64,000 bases of DNA, from NCBI GenBank assembly GCA_041483675.1, contig JBGPGE010000001.1, forward strand, positions 868-64,867. The letters are read 5' to 3'. A program made the position numbers and the translations under genes. The notes below the pieces were generated by a model. That model worked only from the letters and a program-made list of their open reading frames with translations. It searched no databases and was not told the origin of the DNA. Shown here piece by piece: positions 37,255-45,480 of the stretch. Origin of the DNA: Candidatus Binatia bacterium (GTDB lineage: Bacteria > Desulfobacterota > Binatia > UBA9968). Each line of letters begins with the position of its first letter. Position 1 is the stretch's first letter.

Positions 37255-39399
37255 TCAGGGCTGCTCGCTTATTGAATCGGCAACTGCGGAAGAAACTTTA
37301 GTCTCTGCGAGGAGTTTTTCGTAAAGCCCGGTGATCTGCTTATGATCCAGGCCGTCGTCCTGCCAGTATTGCTGGACGTCGGGCCAGAGGCTGCCGATCC
37401 ACTTGACGTAGAACCGCAGCCGGTCCGACTCCTCGCGCTCCGGCTCGGCGCCCGGAGCGACCAGAACGCTCTCCGGCGTGTAAACGGTCTTCCATCCGGC
37501 GGCTTCGGCCTGCAAACAGAAGTCGATGTCGTGCAGGCCGGCGGTATAGCCTTCGTCGATACCGCCTAGGGCGAGAAAGAGCTCCCGGCACGCGAGCAGA
37601 CAACCGCTGACCGCCCGCATCGCCCGCCGCTTGGCGGCGCCGGGTAGAGAGGCCGGAAGGAGTTGATAGAGAGACGAGGGGCTGAAGTTCATATCGAAAG
37701 CGATGCCGGCATGGTGGATCATCCCCTGAGGGTCGATGATCTTTCCGCCCACGATGCCGGTCGCCGGATCTCGTTCCATCTCCTCGACCAGGGCCTCCAG
37801 CCATCCGGGCTGCGGAATCAGACCGGGGGGCAGGATGCAAAGATAGCGCCCCCTGGCCTCCCTCGCGGCAAGATTCAAGAGCGTCGCGATCGACGTCGAA
37901 GAAGACGGGATCGAACGGACATCCCCCTGGACAAAGTCCTGAAGAGCCCGGCTCTCGTCGCCGGCCCCTGCCAAAAGACATTCGTAAGAGATGTCGGCAG
38001 ACGTGTGCTGCGCGACCCCGATGAGGCTCTCCGCCACGCCTTCCATCGAGGTAAAGGGAATGACGATCGAGCAAAGGAATTCTTCGCCTCCCGGTTTCTT
38101 GGCTGACGGGACGTGCGACGAGTTGCGCCTGGCGGCCGGCGCCCGCTTGTTGACCTCCTCCCGCGTCTCGAGCATCTGTTGGATCAGGTCGAGCGTCCTC
38201 TCCATGTTTTCACCGCCAAGCGAATGGAGATTGCGAACCAGATATTGCTCTACCTTCTCTCTCCGCTCTTGCGAAACTCCCTTTTGCAGGATCGACTCCG
38301 CCACTTCCGGCAGGTCCGGCAAGTCGCCGGCCTGATCGGCGACGCCGAGCGAGGTAAACGAGTAATGTTGTCCCGGAACGCGGATCTCCACCAGCGGCTT
38401 GCCGAAGGCCAGTGCCTCCAGACCCGCGGTCGAATTGCCGAACACCGCGCAAACGTCGCTGACCGCCAGGAGCCGGTAGGTGTCGTCCTGCTGGAGCGAA
38501 CGAATGTTGCGAAAGCCGGCGAGCCTCTCGCCGATCTGGTCGATGATCCGTTTGTTGTTGAAGGGATGCCACTTGAAGATCAGGGTCAGGTCCTTCCTGC
38601 GGCGGGCCCAATCGAGCAACGGTTTGGGAAACTCAAAGTCGCTGCCATAACCGAGACCGCCCATCAGGACGGTGACCACGCGCGTTTTGTGGTCGAGCTT
38701 CAGCCGCCGCCGGGTCTGTTTCATCGCCTCCGGCTCCGTCGCCTCGCGTATCGCCGCCGGCAGGTGGGTATTCCCCACCAGATAGATTTTATCCGCCGAG
38801 CTGCCCGAGCGGACCAGCACTTCGCGCGCGGACTCTCCCCACGCGAAGCAGGCGGTCGAGTACTCCGTGTGATAGCGGTAGACTCCCGTGGGTCCCCAGT
38901 AGAGCCCTTCCTGAAGGGTGATGAAAGGAATTCGCAACTCGTTACAGAGATAGCCGAGCATCTTTCCCCAGCTGTTGAGCTCGTGCAGGGCCAGAACCAG
39001 ATCGGGCTTCTCGACCTCGAACATCCGCCGCAGGAGATAGAAATTCTCGAGATGCATGCGCAGCGCTTTGTCCTGGATGGAAAGAGTGAAGTGGTGGAGG
39101 ATGTCGTTCTCCAGGAATCTCTCCTTCCACTGACCCCTCACTTCCCGGTAGGCCCGCTCGATCTCATCGGCGACCTCCGGTGTCAGATAAGAGAACGTAT
39201 GATGGTAAGGCAAACCCTCATCCAGCATCGTGATCTCGAACGGGCTTTCCGCCTGGGCCGTGGGATAGAGGACTTCCATGCCCCGGGCCGCCAGCGCGCG
39301 CGTGATCGGGAAGAGGAAACGGCCGTGATGCTTGAGCGCGATGAAGCAGAACGCCTTCTTGCCTTTAAGATCCATAATGAGCGGCCTCCGGTTTGGCAT
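37255..39399 (-). CDS. Two-domain glycosyltransferase: N-terminal GT-B-like (TagF/capsule-synthesis-like) domain fused to a C-terminal GT2 (GT-A) domain. Candidate flagellin glycosyltransferase
   Basis: 714 aa. The N-terminal half has GT-B-like motifs (TVLMGGLGYG ... FKWHP ... GNSTAGLEALAFGKP). The C-terminal ~260 aa has a GT2 pattern (CSIVIPFTS ... DES ... CLLACRELF ... GGIDEGY). It is the first gene upstream of the flagellins. Confidence 0.65.
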   Translation of the reverse strand: MPNRRPLIMDLKGKKAFCFIALKHHGRFLFPITRALAARGMEVLYPTAQAESPFEITMLDEGLPYHHTFSYLTPEVADEIERAYREVRGQWKERFLENDILHHFTLSIQDKALRMHLENFYLLRRMFEVEKPDLVLALHELNSWGKMLGYLCNELRIPFITLQEGLYWGPTGVYRYHTEYSTACFAWGESAREVLVRSGSSADKIYLVGNTHLPAAIREATEPEAMKQTRRRLKLDHKTRVVTVLMGGLGYGSDFEFPKPLLDWARRRKDLTLIFKWHPFNNKRIIDQIGERLAGFRNIRSLQQDDTYRLLAVSDVCAVFGNSTAGLEALAFGKPLVEIRVPGQHYSFTSLGVADQAGDLPDLPEVAESILQKGVSQERREKVEQYLVRNLHSLGGENMERTLDLIQQMLETREEVNKRAPAARRNSSHVPSAKKPGGEEFLCSIVIPFTSMEGVAESLIGVAQHTSADISYECLLAGAGDESRALQDFVQGDVRSIPSSSTSIATLLNLAAREARGRYLCILPPGLIPQPGWLEALVEEMERDPATGIVGGKIIDPQGMIHHAGIAFDMNFSPSSLYQLLPASLPGAAKRRAMRAVSGCLLACRELFLALGGIDEGYTAGLHDIDFCLQAEAAGWKTVYTPESVLVAPGAEPEREESDRLRFYVKWIGSLWPDVQQYWQDDGLDHKQITGLYEKLLAETKVSSAVADSISEQP

Positions 39400-40582
39400 C
39401 GCGGGACGTCGTGAGGATGTGGCTGATAATTCCGTTCAGGCTTTTCCTGCGCAATAAGCGCCTCTCGATCCAGGATTCGATCATCGGGATGGCCCGCTCA
39501 GGCTCCGGTTCCATGACGAGGTGCTCCCCCACCCAGGCCTTCTGCCCGAACCGCTGGCTGATAATGGTGAGCTTGTCGTAAAAAGAAGATATCTCCGCGT
39601 AAACCGAACAGGCCGCCCCCCAGACGATATCGCCGTAGAGCAGCGTCCAGAGCCATCCCGGCTCCTCGTTGATGATGACGCAGGGAAGGTCCGCGAGTTC
39701 CTTTCGATAGACCTTCTCGACCATTTCTTTCTCCTTGAGACTGTGGCGCGCGACGTTCGGATCGACGTTCAACACCACGGCGACCGGATACTTGAGCAGC
39801 TTGAGGGCCTTGAGGATCTCCCGCGTCTCATAGATGAAGGCGACATTGTGCGGAATAAAAATCACGGTGCTGCCGCCGAGCATGCGAATCTTCGCCTTGA
39901 GCGCCACTGCCTGCTGAAAATATTCATCGAGCACGGAATCCTGCCGGCAAGAGAGCAGATAGACCTCTTCGGGCGGAAGAATGAAGCTCTGCCCGGGGGA
40001 GGCCAGCTCCTGGGACTCGACGAATGAACGCGAAAACTCGCTCTTGACCGCGTAGTAGTCGGCCAGAGACGCGGCGAAGGTCTGACGGTTGCCGAGCGGC
40101 GAAATTTCGACGCCGATCACGGTGGCCGCGGCTTTTTTTGCCTCCAGCGCCATGCCGCCGTAGAAATGAGACGAATCGGCGGTGGTGTTGTCGATGCCTA
40201 TAAGAGGATAGACCAGGACATCCGGCCGGATCGGCAGCGGCGGTCTCTTGTGGAGGCTGAGACAACCCATGTAGTCGTCCATCGCGATGGTTTTCCACAG
40301 CGGGAGCCGGCTGCCGGGAAAGTCGATGTCCTGAATCAGGCGGATCATCAGATCGGTCATCGAAATCGCGTGCTCGGGCAGATGGCGCACGACCTCTTCT
40401 TCGAGATGAAAACTTTTTATCGGGCTATCCGAGAACGCAGCGCAAATCTCCTTGGAGTGGCTAGCCACGCTCACCTCCCACTGCCCGGTGGCGGCGGCCA
40501 TGCTCACTAAATGGCGCAGTTTCCCGTACGTATATTTCCATTCCACTTCGCCGATGGCGAAAAGAACTTGCGGCTTTTTCAT
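39365..40582 (-). CDS. Hypothetical protein (405 aa) in the glycosylation island
   Basis: Co-oriented ORF overlapping the GT gene by 35 nt. I recognise no clear family motifs. Confidence 0.45.
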   Translation of the reverse strand: MKKPQVLFAIGEVEWKYTYGKLRHLVSMAAATGQWEVSVASHSKEICAAFSDSPIKSFHLEEEVVRHLPEHAISMTDLMIRLIQDIDFPGSRLPLWKTIAMDDYMGCLSLHKRPPLPIRPDVLVYPLIGIDNTTADSSHFYGGMALEAKKAAATVIGVEISPLGNRQTFAASLADYYAVKSEFSRSFVESQELASPGQSFILPPEEVYLLSCRQDSVLDEYFQQAVALKAKIRMLGGSTVIFIPHNVAFIYETREILKALKLLKYPVAVVLNVDPNVARHSLKEKEMVEKVYRKELADLPCVIINEEPGWLWTLLYGDIVWGAACSVYAEISSFYDKLTIISQRFGQKAWVGEHLVMEPEPERAIPMIESWIERRLLRRKSLNGIISHILTTSRDAKPEAAHYGS

Positions 40583-40752
40583 CCGTTAAGGCCTCCTGCG
40601 GCAGAACTCGGCTTGAACCGGAAGAAGCAATTAACATGCCCGGCAAAAGGGGAAAATTTTGCCGCCTGAAAAACATTTTTTCGCAGTCTGAATCCTTACT
40701 TAAGACTCTCCGCGAGAAACCGATTAGAAGCTTGAAGCAAGGAGTATTTGCC

Positions 40753-41370
40753 ATGAAGTCGCAAACTACATATCGCGAGATCGAAGATTTCTCTCCCGCC
40801 GGATTCCCGCTCTGCGAGCCTCGCAGCCCGATGGCGGTGAATAAGGGCAGCGTCCTGGCCTATCTGGCAACGGTCCTGGCGACCATGGCCCAGGAGCTGG
40901 CGCGTTCCCCAAAGACAGATTCCACCTGTCTCCTCTGTTCCGACGCGATCCACTCGACCCAGGTGACGGCCGAGGATCAAGGAAATCCGGTCCACGCCAT
41001 ATGCCTTGAGATGAAACAGCGAAAAAACGCCCTTTTGCAGAAGGCCAAACAGCACGATCATGCCTGCGAGCTCTGCGGGCAAAAAGTGCCGCCCACCGGC
41101 ATTTATCTCCACGAGGCCGGCTTGACGCTCTCCTACGCCTGCGCGGAGGGGAGACATGACGAGCCGAATCTCTTTTCTCTGCCGGTGACGACGGAGGAGA
41201 GCCGACGCGTCGGAATGTGGGAGGCCAGGCTGCGCGAGCGGCTGAAGCAAAAAGGATTCGTGCGTTGTTGTGAATGCGGCCGCCTGATCCACCAGGGAAA
41301 GGCCCGCCTCCTGGGGCCGGGATGGCACTATTGCGGCTGCCTGCCGGAGCTTTGGAGAACGGGACCCTAG
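40753..41370 (+). CDS. Cys-rich hypothetical protein (opposite strand to the island genes)
   Basis: Start at an internal Met preceded by AAGGAG. Multiple CxxC/CC pairs (LCSDAIH ... CELCGQ ... CCECGRL ... CGC). Confidence 0.4.
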   Translation: MKSQTTYREIEDFSPAGFPLCEPRSPMAVNKGSVLAYLATVLATMAQELARSPKTDSTCLLCSDAIHSTQVTAEDQGNPVHAICLEMKQRKNALLQKAKQHDHACELCGQKVPPTGIYLHEAGLTLSYACAEGRHDEPNLFSLPVTTEESRRVGMWEARLRERLKQKGFVRCCECGRLIHQGKARLLGPGWHYCGCLPELWRTGP

Positions 41371-41401
41371 CGGCATTCCGGGAAGATGAAGGGAAACCGC
41401 T

Positions 41402-41749
41402 GTGAACATCCCCGTCCTACTCCATGAGATCGCGCGATGGGCCGTTCCATTTTTGACCGTCCCCGCCGATGTCAAAAAGCGGGCGGACAGCGGTCTTCTG
41501 ACACCCGCGGATTGCCGACTCATTGCCGGGCAACTGAGCGACCTCGGACGATCTCTCGCCGGGAAAGACCACGCCAATGAGGCCGCGCGTTTGGGCGAGG
41601 AGACGGTGAAGCTCGTCCGCCTCGCGCAAGAGGACGGCGAGCTGAGAGAGTGCCTGCAATCCCTCTATGAGATATCCGGCCAACAGCCCCGGCGCGCCTG
41701 CCTGCAATTCTTTTTCTCCCTCGCTTCATTTCGCCGCACACCCCACTGA
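41402..41749 (+). CDS. Hypothetical protein
   Basis: 115 aa ORF following the Cys-rich gene. No recognisable features. Confidence 0.25.
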   Translation: MNIPVLLHEIARWAVPFLTVPADVKKRADSGLLTPADCRLIAGQLSDLGRSLAGKDHANEAARLGEETVKLVRLAQEDGELRECLQSLYEISGQQPRRACLQFFFSLASFRRTPH

Positions 41750-41909
41750 GGCCCGATCCTAACTCCCTAAGCGACTCCCCGGGGCGTAAGCTCGCGGCTT
41801 CCAAGTGAAAGCCGGTGCCCGGTCGGAGATCCCGCGCATCCGATACTGCCGGTGGAAATAAGTAGCTACCCATTGCGCGGGATCGGAGAGCGGGTGCCGG
41901 CTTTCGTCG

Positions 41910-42710
41910 TCAAGAGCGATTCTCTAAGAACTTCCACGACATCACTTCCTGCTTGGCCGCGCCCCCGGCCTGGGGAAAGACGAAGCTGTCGGGCCGCGTC
42001 GTATTGCGCGCCGTCAGCTCCGGCCGGCTGTCCAGGAAACGAACAATGTCGTCGGCGTCGAAATCGGCCCGGACGGGATACAGCGCCTCATAGATCTCCC
42101 TGACCAGATCGAGATCCTCCTGGTAATCGACGCACAGGCGGTAGCGCGGCCGATCAAGATTTTCCGGCGCGCGGAGGTTGAGCAGGCGGTAGCGCTGCGG
42201 GTTGCGATAGATAAAGGGCGAAACGTTGCCGCGGTCGTAGGGATCGCTCGTCAAACGCGACACTTCGCGCAGCAAGCCGGCCGAATAGAGCTGAACGTCG
42301 AAGCCGATGGGGAACGAAAGAACGTCGAGCACATTGGTGAGATAATCGCAGCCGCCCGTGAGATACCGGGTAACCGCAGCATCGACGATGCCGGGGTCGA
42401 TCAGCGGACAGTCACCGGTAATGTCGGCGACGATATCGGCGTCGAGCGACTGCGCGGCGCCGATAAGGCGCCCCAGCACGTCGTCCAGAGAGCCGCGGTA
42501 GCAGGCGACGCCTTCAGTTCCCGCAATCTCTTCGAGAACGTCGTCCGGCGGTTCCGCGCTCGTCGCCAAACAGACGGCATCGACTTTTTGGCATCGCTTC
42601 AACCGCTCCAGCAGGCGCCGCGCCATCGGTTGTCCGAGAATCGGCTTTAAATGTTTCCCCGGCAGCCGGCTGGAGCTCATCCGGCTCCTGACCGTGGCCA
42701 CAACTCGCAT
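41910..42710 (-). CDS. Cytidylyltransferase (SpsF/PseF-like CMP-sugar synthetase family, CTP_transf_3)
   Basis: N-terminal RSRMSSSRLPGKHL motif and 266 aa. Confidence 0.65.
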   Translation of the reverse strand: MRVVATVRSRMSSSRLPGKHLKPILGQPMARRLLERLKRCQKVDAVCLATSAEPPDDVLEEIAGTEGVACYRGSLDDVLGRLIGAAQSLDADIVADITGDCPLIDPGIVDAAVTRYLTGGCDYLTNVLDVLSFPIGFDVQLYSAGLLREVSRLTSDPYDRGNVSPFIYRNPQRYRLLNLRAPENLDRPRYRLCVDYQEDLDLVREIYEALYPVRADFDADDIVRFLDSRPELTARNTTRPDSFVFPQAGGAAKQEVMSWKFLENRS

Positions 42711-42932
42711 CGAAGCTATCCCTCTTTTTTTGGTTCTTCCGGGTTTCCTGTGGGGGAGTATTCACCACAGAGGCACAGAGTTCGCAGAGTTCGGAGTATT
42801 ACTTCATCAAAAACTCTTTACTCCGCGACCTCAGCGCCTCTGCGGTGCAATATCCGAATCCTTCTTTACCGCGAACTGGAACAGCGTTGACCCGCTTACC
42901 CATACAGAAGTCTCAAGCCCCCCTTTTTTCGG

Positions 42933-44162
42933 CTACTCCAACAACTCGATCTTCGGCGTCAGCGAGAGCACCTTGGAACTGAGACCGTAACGATCGCGGA
43001 TGTCGCGGGTGATTTCGGCGCTGTACTGGGAGCAGACCAGAATGTAGTCGGGCGCGTTTTTCTGAAGAACCTCAGGCGGCGACACCGCGGTATCGAGATT
43101 CAAAAACTTAAGGCCGTGTTTTCTTCCATCCCGATCGACCACTGCCGTCACCCGCTCGGCGAGCAGCGGCGCGAGCGTCAAGAGCGTGATGCCGAAGGAG
43201 CCGGCGCCCCAGAGGGCGAGGGTCGATCCCTGGCGATTCAGCTTTTCAGCGAGAGAAGTCAACTGCGAGAGATAGGCGTCGAACCGGCTCGCGAAATCCT
43301 TGGCCTGCCCGACCAACCGCTCGACGCGAGACCGGTCGTTGGAGATCTCCGGCCTTCCGGACGCTATGCTGCATAAGGCGACTAAATTCCCCGTCTCATC
43401 AAACAGCCGCTCGACTTTCAGCCCCGCCCGCTCCAGACAAACGCGGAGAGAATTGGGCGTGAAAACCGAGAGATGCTCGAAGTGACAAGGGAGACCCAAG
43501 GGATTGTGCTCGACGAAATAGGCCCCGTTGGGCGTCTCGATAGCGACGAAGCCGTCCGCCCGAACACACTCGCGCGCAGCCGCCGCAAACTTCACGGGAT
43601 CGTCGAGATGCTCGATCAGGTGGCGATTGATCACCGCGCCGAAGCTGCCGCGATCGAACAGCTCGGGTGAAAAGAATTCGCGGACGATCGGAATGCCTCG
43701 CTGCTCGCCGATCTTCGCCCCTTCGCTAGGATCGCAGCCGAGCACCGAAAACCCCTCTTTGGCGAGCTGCAGGAGTAGATAGCCGTCGTAGCAGCCGATC
43801 TCCAGGATGCGCGCTCCCGCTGGCAGCCGCGGCTTGATGTTCTCTTTGAACACGGCGACAAATTCATCCGCGTCCTCAGTGGCGAAGCCCAGCTCCAGCT
43901 TGGATAGATAGGTGGTGTAGAGGCTGCGATAGAGGTCCTGAAGCATGTCGTCGCTCGGTCTCGACAGCAGAAGAAAATGGCCGCAATCGCGACAAATGCC
44001 CAGCCTGAGCGGTAAAGTGGGCGAAATATTCTTGCTTTTCAGCTCGGCGATCCCCGCGTCGGAGATCGGCCGCAGCACCAGGGGAAATTGCGGAAACGCG
44101 CAGACCGGCTCGATATTTTTGCCGCGGCAGACATTACACTCGTGGACATCCAGTAGTTTCAT
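42933..44162 (-). CDS. SAM-dependent methyltransferase with N-terminal Zn-ribbon (sugar C-/O-methyltransferase type)
   Basis: CNVCRG ... CRDCGH zinc-ribbon, then class-I MTase motif ILEIGCYDG. The start at 44162 has a strong RBS GGAGAGG. Confidence 0.7.
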   Translation of the reverse strand: MKLLDVHECNVCRGKNIEPVCAFPQFPLVLRPISDAGIAELKSKNISPTLPLRLGICRDCGHFLLLSRPSDDMLQDLYRSLYTTYLSKLELGFATEDADEFVAVFKENIKPRLPAGARILEIGCYDGYLLLQLAKEGFSVLGCDPSEGAKIGEQRGIPIVREFFSPELFDRGSFGAVINRHLIEHLDDPVKFAAAARECVRADGFVAIETPNGAYFVEHNPLGLPCHFEHLSVFTPNSLRVCLERAGLKVERLFDETGNLVALCSIASGRPEISNDRSRVERLVGQAKDFASRFDAYLSQLTSLAEKLNRQGSTLALWGAGSFGITLLTLAPLLAERVTAVVDRDGRKHGLKFLNLDTAVSPPEVLQKNAPDYILVCSQYSAEITRDIRDRYGLSSKVLSLTPKIELLE

Positions 44163-44225
44163 AATTTTCCTCTCCGTTCTTGGAACTTGCTCCATTTCAC
44201 TGGAGGTCGACTACCTCCCCATTCC

Positions 44226-44333
44226 GTCATTCCCGCGCAAGCGGGAATCCAGTCTTTGCCTCATGGCCCGCTCCGCCACCAGCCTGGATGCCCGCTTTCG
44301 CGGGCATGACGGACTTTCGCTTCGCCTAAAGCC
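44226..44333. repeat. MITE-like palindromic repeat, copy 4 (type 2)
   Basis: About 90% identical to 29883-29990. The track ORF 43945..44559 runs through it and is spurious. Confidence 0.8.
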
Positions 44334-44365
44334 TGCCCCCGACCCGATCGGGGGGCGAGGGGTTT

Positions 44366-45235
44366 CTACCACCCCCGATAAGGACACGAAGCCTCGGCCA
44401 CCACGCTCCCTTCAAAGTCGTCGATTTCAAAACGCCGCCCCAGCCGTTCCAGCATGGGCTCTACCCAGTTTCTCGACTGCTCATCGAGAAGATAAAGGGG
44501 GTTCCGGCCGAGACGCTCGGTCCACAAGCGAACGAGGCCGCGCGCCGACGCCGCGATGAACCGGCTCCCGTTCGATTCCCACGCGCGGCACACTCCGGCC
44601 GAGATCGAATCCAAAAGCAACTTTTCCCAGTCGTAGTCCAGCCAACGGTTCAACGGGCGGACGTGGTAAAGGAGCAGAATGCGCTGAACCATCCGGTCCG
44701 CGCCGATGACTTCGCCCGGAAACCGTTTGTCGTAGCGGTACAGCGGCCCGCCCGCTGAGCGCTCGACATGATGGATAATCGTCGCGGCGGAAAACGGCGC
44801 GCCGTAAAACAGAATCGCGCCGTCCTGCTCGACGAGCCTGGCAAACGGCGACCTCGGGCCGAAGGGATCTATTTGCCCCACGCGATCGAACTCCGGGCGC
44901 CGCCCTACCCCGGCAAACGAAAACACCGGCGTCGGTGTGCGCCACCGCGCGACGGTGGTCCGAAAATGTTCCGTCAAGGGGCCAACCTCGGAGACGTCGC
45001 TCAAGACGTCGTAACTCCCGGAGCGGGGAAAGCCATAGTTGAACGCCGGCATCCAGAGTCCCCGCTCCCCGGCGATTTCACGCACGAGATCGACGTGAGC
45101 CGTGAGCCACTCATTCCGCCCCGCGGAGACCGGGAGCAGACGGCCCGCGCGCAACAGGTCCGAGTGAACCAACAAAGGCCCGTCGCCCAATCCGTCGATC
45201 AGACGCTCAAGGGTCGTTTTCGGCGTTTCCGTCAT
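44366..45235 (-). CDS. AAC(3)-family (aminoglycoside N3-acetyltransferase-like) acyltransferase
   Basis: About 290 aa from the internal Met. LLVHSDLL ... motif and length fit the Antibiotic_NAT family. Its start overlaps the ACP stop. Confidence 0.55.
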   Translation of the reverse strand: MTETPKTTLERLIDGLGDGPLLVHSDLLRAGRLLPVSAGRNEWLTAHVDLVREIAGERGLWMPAFNYGFPRSGSYDVLSDVSEVGPLTEHFRTTVARWRTPTPVFSFAGVGRRPEFDRVGQIDPFGPRSPFARLVEQDGAILFYGAPFSAATIIHHVERSAGGPLYRYDKRFPGEVIGADRMVQRILLLYHVRPLNRWLDYDWEKLLLDSISAGVCRAWESNGSRFIAASARGLVRLWTERLGRNPLYLLDEQSRNWVEPMLERLGRRFEIDDFEGSVVAEASCPYRGW

Positions 45236-45480
45236 TGCAACAGCGCGCCTTCGCCGCCGAGTTTGGAAGCCAGGGCCTCCACGCTGTCCATCTTCTCGAT
45301 CTCCTCGGCGCTGAAGTGAACTTGGAACTCTTCTTCGAGCGCCAAGATAGTGCGCAGGTGATTGAGCGAGTCCCATTTTTCGCAATCGGCGAGCGGCGAC
45401 TTGAGCGGCACCCGCTCCACGGCGATGGCCAGCATATCCGCGACCACCTGCCGGACTTTTTGGATGATGACATTGTTCAT
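45232..45480 (-). CDS. Acyl carrier protein
   Basis: 82 aa with the DSL phosphopantetheine-attachment motif (EKWDSLNHLRTILALEEEF). Confidence 0.8.
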   Translation of the reverse strand: MNNVIIQKVRQVVADMLAIAVERVPLKSPLADCEKWDSLNHLRTILALEEEFQVHFSAEEIEKMDSVEALASKLGGEGALLQ

